Source: Escherichia coli
GTDB lineage: Bacteria > Pseudomonadota > Gammaproteobacteria > Enterobacterales > Enterobacteriaceae
Reading direction: 5' to 3' (one strand)
Assembly: GCF_044324785.1 (NCBI RefSeq)
Contig: NZ_CP172127.1
Length of the DNA stretch: 64,000 bases
In this document: in pieces, positions 56,244 through 64,000 of the stretch
How positions within the stretch are numbered: the first letter of the stretch is position 1
Layout of the letters: each line of letters starts with the position of its first letter
Notes under the pieces: generated by a model
Told to the model about the DNA's origin: nothing
The model's database searches: none
What the model saw: only the letters and a program-made list of their open reading frames with translations
Translations under genes and position numbers: made by a program

Positions 56244-57581
56244 TTATGGTTTTTCACGCACAATCGCTGGCGCATTAAGTACCTGAATTAGTTCATTAAG
56301 AGACTGCAAAATATTGCTTGCCCAGAAACGACCTTCATTAGTCAGCCGCAGGCAAGTTGACGCATCGCGGCTTAAGCCTTTTTGGTGCCATTGAGCCAGT
56401 AACGGCGCGAGTTTTTCGGCATGTGGTGTAAGTTCATCCAGCGGTACACGCGCTGTTTCAACACCTGACTGCAAGGTATGACGCCATTGCGCATTACGTT
56501 CGGCGTTACGCATGATCATCATCAGCGGTTTTTTGCCTGCCGCGACGGATTCATGCCAGGTCTGCAGATTGCGTTCGTTCATCCAGGAGTAACCATTAAT
56601 CGAACCGCCGGCTCCGGAACCAAAGGCCAGACAATCGGCACCTTGTTTAATCAGCAGGTTATAGAGATTGCGTTCGCGTGTGGTACGGCCCCAGTGGCTG
56701 TTACTAATACAGCGCCAACCGGCTTCGTCCATGAAGTCACACCCTTGCAGATAAAGATCGCGACGTTCTGCCGGAGAGGGCACGGTAGTGCGCCCATTTT
56801 CCACGGCTTTGCCCAGCGGTGTATTGGGTAGGACATTGAGCGCATAGAGATCGACGCCGTCGAGACCGATATCGCGGGCAATAGCCAGATCTTCTCCCCA
56901 GGTTTGCGCATCCTGACCCGGCAGGCCAAACAGCAGGTCACAGACCACCGCTGCACGGTCGCGTTTGACCAGGCTTTCCATAAACGCAATGGCGGTTGGG
57001 CCATCCGAGGTGCGGGCCATTTTCTTGCGGATTTTGCTGTTAAACGACTGAATACCAATTGAGAAGCGGTTTGCTCCTGCATCAAGGCAAGCATCGATTC
57101 GCTCAGCGTCAAAATTCAGTACCCGGCCTTCGATAGTGATTTCACAATCAGGGGCCAGTGGCAGCTTTTCTCGTAATGTATTGATAATTCTGGCTAAATC
57201 GTGTGCCGAAAGCGCGGAAGGCGTGCCGCCACCGAAATAGACCGCGTGGATGGGGGCAGACTGATGCAATACGCTGTCCGCTTCCATTTCTATTTCACGA
57301 ATCAGGGCGTCGGTATAATGAGCACACGCATCTTCATTAAAACGGTTCTGATAAAAGCCACAAAACGTGCAGTGTGTCGCACAAAAAGGAATGTGTAGGT
57401 AAACCAGTCGCTTACGAGGTGATGCCGTTTGATTGATCATCTCTTGCCAGGTCTGTGCCAGTTGCTCTTTGGCAACCGGAATGGCTCCACGAAACGGCAT
57501 CATGGCGCGCCTGTCTTTAAATGGCTGATCACCGTCTAAAGCAAAATGTGGCGTGAGATCCAGGGTGTTATTTACGTTCAT
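56244..57581 (-). CDS. chuW: ChuW radical SAM (HemN-like) anaerobic heme-degrading enzyme
   Basis: 445 aa with CxxxCxxC motif (PFCATHCTFC). Confidence 0.85.
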   Translation of the reverse strand: MNVNNTLDLTPHFALDGDQPFKDRRAMMPFRGAIPVAKEQLAQTWQEMINQTASPRKRLVYLHIPFCATHCTFCGFYQNRFNEDACAHYTDALIREIEMEADSVLHQSAPIHAVYFGGGTPSALSAHDLARIINTLREKLPLAPDCEITIEGRVLNFDAERIDACLDAGANRFSIGIQSFNSKIRKKMARTSDGPTAIAFMESLVKRDRAAVVCDLLFGLPGQDAQTWGEDLAIARDIGLDGVDLYALNVLPNTPLGKAVENGRTTVPSPAERRDLYLQGCDFMDEAGWRCISNSHWGRTTRERNLYNLLIKQGADCLAFGSGAGGSINGYSWMNERNLQTWHESVAAGKKPLMMIMRNAERNAQWRHTLQSGVETARVPLDELTPHAEKLAPLLAQWHQKGLSRDASTCLRLTNEGRFWASNILQSLNELIQVLNAPAIVREKP

Positions 57582-57600
57582 TCGTCTGATTTAAATCCAT

Positions 57601-58455
57601 TTATTGCGGCCAAAGCTGCTGGTGTAAAGACTCAACGACATCAGCAATACGCGGACCCATTCCCAGAATCAGGTTTTGATCAACGGTGATAATGCGCTGG
57701 TTTTTCCATGCGGCAGTGTGGGTAATTCCGGCAATAGAACGTAGCCGATTAATATCGCCATCGACCATTTGTGAGGTTACGACAATCACTTCTGGATTGG
57801 CCGCAATCAGTGATTCTGCACTGTAGCTTTTGTACTGCTGGTGGGTTGCGACGTTTTCTGCTCCGGCAAGCGAAAGAATGGCGTCCGCGACGCTGCCTTT
57901 ACCGGCAACCTGTGGCGCACTTCCGCCTGCGGAGAGAATAAACATGGCTTTAACCGGGGCTTTTTTGGCCGCCACGTTTTGCTGTACTCGCTCCAGGCGT
58001 TGGTTGATCTGTGTCACCAGCGCCTCGCCTTGTTCAGGAACCTGTAACGTTTTTGCCAGTTGGCGAATGTTGGCGTACATCTGCTGAAGGGTGGCAGGCA
58101 CACGTGGCAGGGTGACGACGTTGACTTTCTGCGCTCGTAATTGGTCGAGCACAATTTGTGGCCCGGCATCCTGCCAGGTAATTACGCTATCCGGGTGAAG
58201 TGACAAAATGCCTTCGCTGCTGAGTTGTTTCCAGTAGCCAATATGCGGCAGTTTGGCGGTTTCTGGTGGATAAGATGTCGTTTCATCGACACCAACCACG
58301 CGTTCGCCAGCGCCCATCGCGTAGATTAGCTCCGTCAGCGATCCTCCTGCGACCACGATACGTTCGGCAGCCGTTACGCTAAAAGCCCAGCTAAGAGCCA
58401 GTACTGCCGTAAACAATTTTTTTCGTTTTACCGCGGTCTTCGCGGCAGAGGCCAT
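57601..58455 (-). CDS. chuT: Periplasmic heme-binding protein ChuT
   Basis: Start set at MASAAKTAVKRKKLFTAVLALSWAFSVTA (signal-peptide-like) downstream of the Fur box; the track ORF extends to 58593 and an alternative start is at 58515. Confidence 0.75.
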   Translation of the reverse strand: MASAAKTAVKRKKLFTAVLALSWAFSVTAAERIVVAGGSLTELIYAMGAGERVVGVDETTSYPPETAKLPHIGYWKQLSSEGILSLHPDSVITWQDAGPQIVLDQLRAQKVNVVTLPRVPATLQQMYANIRQLAKTLQVPEQGEALVTQINQRLERVQQNVAAKKAPVKAMFILSAGGSAPQVAGKGSVADAILSLAGAENVATHQQYKSYSAESLIAANPEVIVVTSQMVDGDINRLRSIAGITHTAAWKNQRIITVDQNLILGMGPRIADVVESLHQQLWPQ

Positions 58456-58540
58456 GGCTGAAATACATAACGTTAGTGGGGAAAAAAGAAACGGCCTGGT
58501 GATGATCCTTGGCATAATATGAGAACTCTTATCAAATTGA

Positions 58541-58560
58541 GAATGATCATGATTATCATT
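58541..58560. promoter_or_regulatory. Fur box, chuT-side promoter
   Basis: gaatgatcatgattatcatt resembles the Fur consensus GATAATGATAATCATTATC. Confidence 0.6.
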
Positions 58561-58890
58561 TGAGTTATATATGAAATACAACCGTCGATTCAATACGCAA
58601 GGCGTTACAAGCGTATTTATTTTTGATTTTTATCAAGATGCTTCGTCAGCTAACGTTCTTGTTACCGACTAAATTTCAGCGCGGGAAAAAGCTGAGAACC
58701 CAGAGATATCGAGGCTTGCAGAGCAAAGCGAAGAGAAAATTATCACTGTTAACGACAAAGTTTAGTAATGAGGTCATGGGGGAATAACCATAAAAACAAA
58801 GTGGTTTCCAGGGCGCAGGATAAGTTTCATAACCCCCTGTTTATTGTGTTAATGGCGGTTAAAAAAAAGCTTGATCATAAAAAATTGATC

Positions 58891-58909
58891 GATAATAATT
58901 CTCATTATC
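58891..58909. promoter_or_regulatory. Fur box, chuA-side promoter
   Basis: gataataattctcattatc is a near-consensus Fur box about 290 bp upstream of chuA. Confidence 0.7.
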
Positions 58910-59170
58910 ACGTTTGCGTTTAACAAAATACGGCCATATGGATAACAAAGCCATATCATTTACAAGGGGTAACGCACAGCGCTCTTCACTCCTGATGGGG
59001 CATATCGTTTTGCCTGACAAAGAGGGCGTGCTTTTGCGTATTTGCCGAGATACCAGGCAATTTCATGGGATATAAACGCCTGTAAACTCACCCGGCGAAT
59101 ATTATCGCTCTGAATTTTAAATAAATTTATTTCTCGCCAGCCACCCCGGTATTAACCCAGGCAGCCAGCA

Positions 59171-59198
59171 TTTTTTATTTTCCTCATGGAGAATCGCT
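59171..59198 (+). promoter_or_regulatory. chuA 5' UTR U-rich element able to pair with the SD (candidate FourU thermometer)
   Basis: ttttttattttcctc directly upstream of catggag-ATG; the U-run and ucctc can pair with the ggag SD. Confidence 0.5.
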
Positions 59199-61181
59199 AT
59201 GTCACGTCCGCAATTTACCTCGTTGCGTTTGAGTTTGTTGGCTTTGGCTGTTTCTGCCACCTTGCCAACGTTTGCTTTTGCTACTGAAACCATGACCGTT
59301 ACGGCAACGGGGAATGCCCGTAGTTCCTTCGAAGCGCCTATGATGGTCAGCGTCATCGACACTTCCGCTCCTGAAAATCAAACGGCTACTTCAGCCACCG
59401 ATCTGCTGCGTCATGTTCCTGGAATTACTCTTGATGGTACCGGACGAACCAACGGTCAGGATGTAAATATGCGTGGCTATGATCATCGCGGCGTGCTGGT
59501 TCTTGTCGATGGTGTTCGCCAGGGAACGGATACCGGACACCTGAATGGTACTTTTCTTGATCCGGCGCTGATCAAGCGTGTTGAGATTGTTCGCGGACCT
59601 TCAGCATTACTGTATGGCAGTGGCGCGCTGGGTGGAGTGATCTCCTACGATACGGTCGATGCAAAAGATTTATTGCAGGAAGGACAAAGTAGTGGTTTTC
59701 GTGTCTTTGGTACTGGCGGCACGGGGGACCATAGCCTGGGATTAGGCGCGAGCGCGTTTGGGCGAACTGAAAATCTGGATGGTATTGTGGCCTGGTCCAG
59801 TCGCGATCGGGGTGATTTACGCCAGAGCAATGGTGAAACCGCGCCGAATGACGAGTCCATTAATAACATGCTGGCGAAAGGGACCTGGCAAATTGATTCA
59901 GCCCAGTCTCTGAGCGGTTTAGTGCGTTACTACAACAACGACGCGCGTGAACCAAAAAATCCGCAGACCGTTGAAGCTTCTGATAGCAGCAACCCGATGG
60001 TTGATCGTTCAACAATTCAACGCGATGCGCAGCTTTCTTATAAACTCGCCCCGCAGGGCAACGACTGGTTAAATGCAGATGCAAAAATTTACTGGTCGGA
60101 AGTCCGTATTAATGCGCAAAACACGGGGAGTTCCGGCGATTATCGTGAACAGATAACAAAAGGAGCCAAACTGGAGAACCGTTCCACTCTCTTTGCCGAC
60201 AGTTTCGCTTCTCACTTACTGACATATGGCGGTGAGTATTATCGTCAGGAACAACATCCGGGCGGCGCGACGACGGGCTTCCCGCAAGCAAAAATCGATT
60301 TTAGCTCCGGCTGGCTACAGGATGAGATCACCTTACGCGATCTGCCGATTACCCTGCTTGGCGGAACCCGCTATGACAGTTATCGCGGTAGCAGCGACGG
60401 CTACAAAGATGTTGATGCCGACAAATGGTCATCTCGCGCGGGGATGACTATCAACCCGGCTAACTGGCTGATGTTATTTGGCTCATATGCCCAGGCATTC
60501 CGCGCCCCGACGATGGGCGAAATGTATAACGATTCTAAGCACTTCTCGATTGGTCGCTTCTATACCAACTATTGGGTGCCAAACCCGAACTTACGTCCGG
60601 AAACTAACGAAACTCAGGAGTACGGTTTTGGGCTGCGTTTTGATGACCTGATGTTGTCCAATGATGCTCTGGAATTTAAAGCCAGCTACTTTGATACCAA
60701 AGCGAAGGATTACATCTCCACGACCGTCGATTTCGCGGCGGCGACGACTATGTCGTATAACGTCCCGAACGCCAAAATCTGGGGCTGGGATGTGATGACG
60801 AAATATACCACTGATCTGTTTAGCCTTGATGTGGCCTATAACCGTACCCGCGGCAAAGACACCGATACCGGCGAATACATCTCCAGCATTAACCCGGATA
60901 CCGTTACCAGCACCCTGAATATTCCGATCGCTCACAGTGGCTTCTCTGTTGGGTGGGTTGGTACGTTTGCCGATCGCTCAACACATATCAGCAGCAGTTA
61001 CAGCAAACAACCAGGCTATGGCGTGAATGATTTCTACGTCAGTTATCAAGGACAACAGGCGCTCAAAGGTATGACCACTACTTTGGTGTTGGGTAACGCT
61101 TTCGACAAAGAGTACTGGTCGCCGCAAGGCATCCCACAGGATGGTCGTAACGGAAAAATTTTCGTGAGTTATCAATGGTAA
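59199..61181 (+). CDS. chuA: TonB-dependent outer membrane heme/hemoglobin receptor ChuA
   Basis: 660 aa, signal peptide, TonB-box region, C-terminal aromatic residue (..FVSYQW). Confidence 0.9.
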   Translation: MSRPQFTSLRLSLLALAVSATLPTFAFATETMTVTATGNARSSFEAPMMVSVIDTSAPENQTATSATDLLRHVPGITLDGTGRTNGQDVNMRGYDHRGVLVLVDGVRQGTDTGHLNGTFLDPALIKRVEIVRGPSALLYGSGALGGVISYDTVDAKDLLQEGQSSGFRVFGTGGTGDHSLGLGASAFGRTENLDGIVAWSSRDRGDLRQSNGETAPNDESINNMLAKGTWQIDSAQSLSGLVRYYNNDAREPKNPQTVEASDSSNPMVDRSTIQRDAQLSYKLAPQGNDWLNADAKIYWSEVRINAQNTGSSGDYREQITKGAKLENRSTLFADSFASHLLTYGGEYYRQEQHPGGATTGFPQAKIDFSSGWLQDEITLRDLPITLLGGTRYDSYRGSSDGYKDVDADKWSSRAGMTINPANWLMLFGSYAQAFRAPTMGEMYNDSKHFSIGRFYTNYWVPNPNLRPETNETQEYGFGLRFDDLMLSNDALEFKASYFDTKAKDYISTTVDFAAATTMSYNVPNAKIWGWDVMTKYTTDLFSLDVAYNRTRGKDTDTGEYISSINPDTVTSTLNIPIAHSGFSVGWVGTFADRSTHISSSYSKQPGYGVNDFYVSYQGQQALKGMTTTLVLGNAFDKEYWSPQGIPQDGRNGKIFVSYQW

Positions 61182-61229
61182 TCATCTGCCCCGATATTTC
61201 GGGGCATTTATCTGGAAGGAAGAGAGACA

Positions 61230-62258
61230 ATGAACCACTACACACGCTGGCTTGAGTTAAAAGAACAAAATCCCGGAAAGTACGCGCGTGACATCGCAGG
61301 TTTAATGAATATCAGCGAAGCAGAACTGGCATTTGCACGCGTCACGCACGATGCGTGGCGGATGCGCGGCGATATCCGTGAAATTCTGGCGGCGCTCGAA
61401 AGTGTTGGCGAAACCAAATGTATTTGCCGTAATGAATATGCAGTCCATGAGCAAGTTGGTACGTTCACAAACCAGCATTTGAACGGACATGCCGGATTGA
61501 TCCTCAATCCGCGCGCGCTGGATTTACGTCTGTTTCTCAATCAATGGGCCAGTGTTTTCCACATCAAAGAAAACACGGCTCGTGGCGAACGCCAGAGTAT
61601 TCAGTTCTTTGATCATCAGGGCGACGCATTACTAAAAGTTTATGCCACCGACAATACCGATATGGCGGCATGGAGTGAGCTTCTGGCACAGTTTATCGCC
61701 GATGAGAATACGTCGCTTGAGTTAAAAGCCGTGGATGCGCCAGTCGTTCAAATGCGAGCCGATGCCAGTGTGGTCGAGCAAGAGTGGCGGGCGATGACCG
61801 ACGTTCATCAGTTTTTTACGTTGCTCAAGCGCCACAACCTGACGCGCCAACAGGCGTTCAATCTGGTGGCAGACGATTTGGCCTGCAAAGTATCCAACAG
61901 TGCGTTGGCGCAAATTCTTGAATCTGCACAGCAGGATGGCAATGAAATCATGGTGTTTGTTGGCAACCGTGGCTGCGTACAGATTTTCACTGGCGTGGTA
62001 GAAAAAGTGGTGCCAATGAAAGGTTGGCTGAATATTTTCAACCCGACGTTTACTCTTCATCTATTAGAAGAGAGCATTGCTGAAACCTGGGTAACCCGTA
62101 AACCTGCTAGTGACGGTTATGTGACCAGTCTGGAATTGTTTGCCCATGATGGTACACAGATAGTGCAACTTTATGGTCAACGTACAGAAGGCGAACAGGA
62201 GCAAGCGCAATGGCGTAAGCAAATTGCTTCGCTGATACCGGAAGGCGTTACTGCATAA
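61230..62258 (+). CDS. chuS: Heme oxygenase/heme-degrading protein ChuS
   Basis: 342 aa immediately after chuA. Confidence 0.88.
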   Translation: MNHYTRWLELKEQNPGKYARDIAGLMNISEAELAFARVTHDAWRMRGDIREILAALESVGETKCICRNEYAVHEQVGTFTNQHLNGHAGLILNPRALDLRLFLNQWASVFHIKENTARGERQSIQFFDHQGDALLKVYATDNTDMAAWSELLAQFIADENTSLELKAVDAPVVQMRADASVVEQEWRAMTDVHQFFTLLKRHNLTRQQAFNLVADDLACKVSNSALAQILESAQQDGNEIMVFVGNRGCVQIFTGVVEKVVPMKGWLNIFNPTFTLHLLEESIAETWVTRKPASDGYVTSLELFAHDGTQIVQLYGQRTEGEQEQAQWRKQIASLIPEGVTA

Positions 62259-62318
62259 CGTATAATTAAAGGGAGGTCTGGCTATTTATTGCTGGGCCTC
62301 TTTATATTAATCAATCGA

Positions 62319-62849
62319 TCACACCAGATAATCAATATGCTGATGGCGTACCAACTCATTGATCCGCTTAAGATTGAGGATCATCATGATATTGTGTTTA
62401 TGGCAGTAGAACGTTTTTAGCGATATTTTCAGTTTCTCCAGAATATCTTCCGTTGTCATTTGATTCGCAATGCAGCTCAGAACCTGATGCTGCTTGCGCG
62501 AAAGGGACACATCCGCTTCAGGCACAGAGCAGTAACTGCCATTGATGAGTGCGACAAAGTCGATGATGGTGATAGTTCGCGGAACAAAGGTCACCGGTAC
62601 TTTCCCCAGGCAGCGTTTAATATTAAAGGGAGAGAAAATAATCACATGGACAGGTTTTAATCGTTCAATTTGAGTGAGCAAATTAGAATGAAATACATTA
62701 TTCATTAATGTATCAATAATGACGAAGGCATGCTGATGCAACATTACGTCGATCTCTTCTTCGTTCTGTATATGAACGACATTACCTTTACTCAGAATGT
62801 TTTTCATCGCAGTGAAGAACATCGTATCCCTGGTAATTATAAGAAACAT
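62319..62849 (-). CDS. dctR: LuxR-family regulator DctR (YhiF)
   Basis: 176 aa, length and position between slp and the acid island. Confidence 0.88.
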   Translation of the reverse strand: MFLIITRDTMFFTAMKNILSKGNVVHIQNEEEIDVMLHQHAFVIIDTLMNNVFHSNLLTQIERLKPVHVIIFSPFNIKRCLGKVPVTFVPRTITIIDFVALINGSYCSVPEADVSLSRKQHQVLSCIANQMTTEDILEKLKISLKTFYCHKHNIMMILNLKRINELVRHQHIDYLV

Positions 62850-63001
62850 AACCGACTCCTGGTGCGGACATTAACTTTATAATCAGTTTGCCAAAGGTAA
62901 TTAACAGGACAGGGCTTATAATAATAGTTAGCTGGCTGTGTATTAATTTGATGTAATGCATGATGCAGATGCTGAGAAAGCATCTGCATCTCTCGGTGGT
63001 G

Positions 63002-63568
63002 TTATTTGACCAGCTCAGGTGTTACCTGACTCACCGCATTGGTGTAGTAAGGCGCACCCCAGCCCGGTTCCGGCCAGAATGCACCATAGCCGTAATCCCA
63101 CAGGTTATAGGTGGTATTAACCACTTCTCTCAAATGCCACACCTGGATGCCCTGCATATTCACTTCGAGGAAGTTATACGGGACTTTATTGATAAAGCCA
63201 GGTTGTTCACCCTGAATGGTACCGAGGATGGTAACAAAGTGATTACGATAGTTCACTGGATCAAGGAAGCCGCTTTGTCTGGCGAGCAGTCGGCCCTGAT
63301 AGTTGGCTTCAATATCAGGCTTCGCATAGCTATCCAACGGTAATACAGCGATTTCTAACAACGTATCCGTTTTGCCATTGATAACGTTGATAACCTTCCC
63401 ACCAAAGCGCGCTTGTTGACCAACATATAACCCCGGCTGGTTATGAACAGCAACAAAACTTTTTTGAATATCAGGTTGGTTATTGCCTTTGATATTTTGC
63501 GGAATTGAACTACATGCGGCAAGCAAAAATGAAAGGCTGAGGATGAGTGCACCTTTTGTCATGTTCAT
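63002..63568 (-). CDS. slp: Outer membrane starvation lipoprotein Slp
   Basis: 188 aa from MNMTKGALILSLSFLLAACSS with lipobox LAAC; the track ORF is over-extended. Confidence 0.9.
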   Translation of the reverse strand: MNMTKGALILSLSFLLAACSSIPQNIKGNNQPDIQKSFVAVHNQPGLYVGQQARFGGKVINVINGKTDTLLEIAVLPLDSYAKPDIEANYQGRLLARQSGFLDPVNYRNHFVTILGTIQGEQPGFINKVPYNFLEVNMQGIQVWHLREVVNTTYNLWDYGYGAFWPEPGWGAPYYTNAVSQVTPELVK

Positions 63569-64000
63569 GTTACTATCCTTATCAACAAATATTAAAACCA
63601 TAATAGATATTTCTTTATAGTTTTCATCTGATTCTGAGGCGATATGCCTGATAGTAACGTAAACCTGTCTGATGTTTATATCCCTTCTGTTTAGTTCAAT
63701 TCCGTTATTTTGGGGCGTGGCATGAGTATCCATCGCCCCATAATATAACCCTTTGTTTTAAAATTACATAAAATCTATTTTTATTCAATGATTATAAAGT
63801 GCTAATAATCAATATTATGGTATTATATTCTGATAATGATTTGATAAGCGAATTCTTTTGCCAGTTGGTATTTCTATTTCCACCCCATAATTTATAGTTT
63901 TTTCATCAGGTAGCGATCTCTTTAAATAAGGTGCGTATGACATTTTTTTAGGATGAAACGTCTCGTGTTGAAATATTTCGAATTGATATTCAGACATTTG

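Larger units (their letters stand above)
53306..62258. other. chu heme uptake and utilisation locus, absent from K-12 at this position
   Basis: Eight chu genes between yhiD and dctR, which I recall as adjacent in K-12; content matches recalled chu/shu loci. Confidence 0.85.

Noticed and set aside
63815-63997. 60-aa minus-strand ORF at the window edge upstream of slp
   Set aside because: AT-rich promoter region, short, no RBS, and truncated context at the window end.

Overview
This window is an Escherichia coli chromosomal segment, in reverse orientation relative to the K-12 map, and almost all of it is recognisable from gene order and protein sequence. Gene order runs dppBCDF, yhjV, two tandem ldr/rdl type I toxin-antitoxin modules, the cellulose locus (bcsGFE divergent from bcsRQABZC), pdeK, dctA, yhjJ, a roughly 2.3 kb low-GC island of five unrecognised ORFs, kdgK, pdeH, yhjG, yhjE, yhjD, yhjC, yhjB, treF, yhjA, the acid fitness island (gadA, gadX, gadY sRNA, gadW, mdtFE, gadE, hdeD, hdeAB, yhiD), the chu heme-uptake locus (chuVUYXWT, chuA, chuS), then dctR and slp. 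Three things mark this as a non-K-12 strain: the chu locus sits between yhiD and dctR, bcsQ is intact (codon 6 is TTG, not the K-12 amber), and a second ldr/rdl copy is present. The best candidate for an undescribed system is the AT-rich island between yhjJ and kdgK (about 25.86-28.18 kb): five same-strand small ORFs, including a translationally coupled pair and a predicted lipoprotein, none of which I can assign to a family. No tRNA, rRNA, CRISPR array, IS element or integrase was seen. All identifications are from reading the sequence and ORF track against recalled knowledge; no database search was run, and many start codons were chosen by matching recalled K-12 protein lengths and N-termini.
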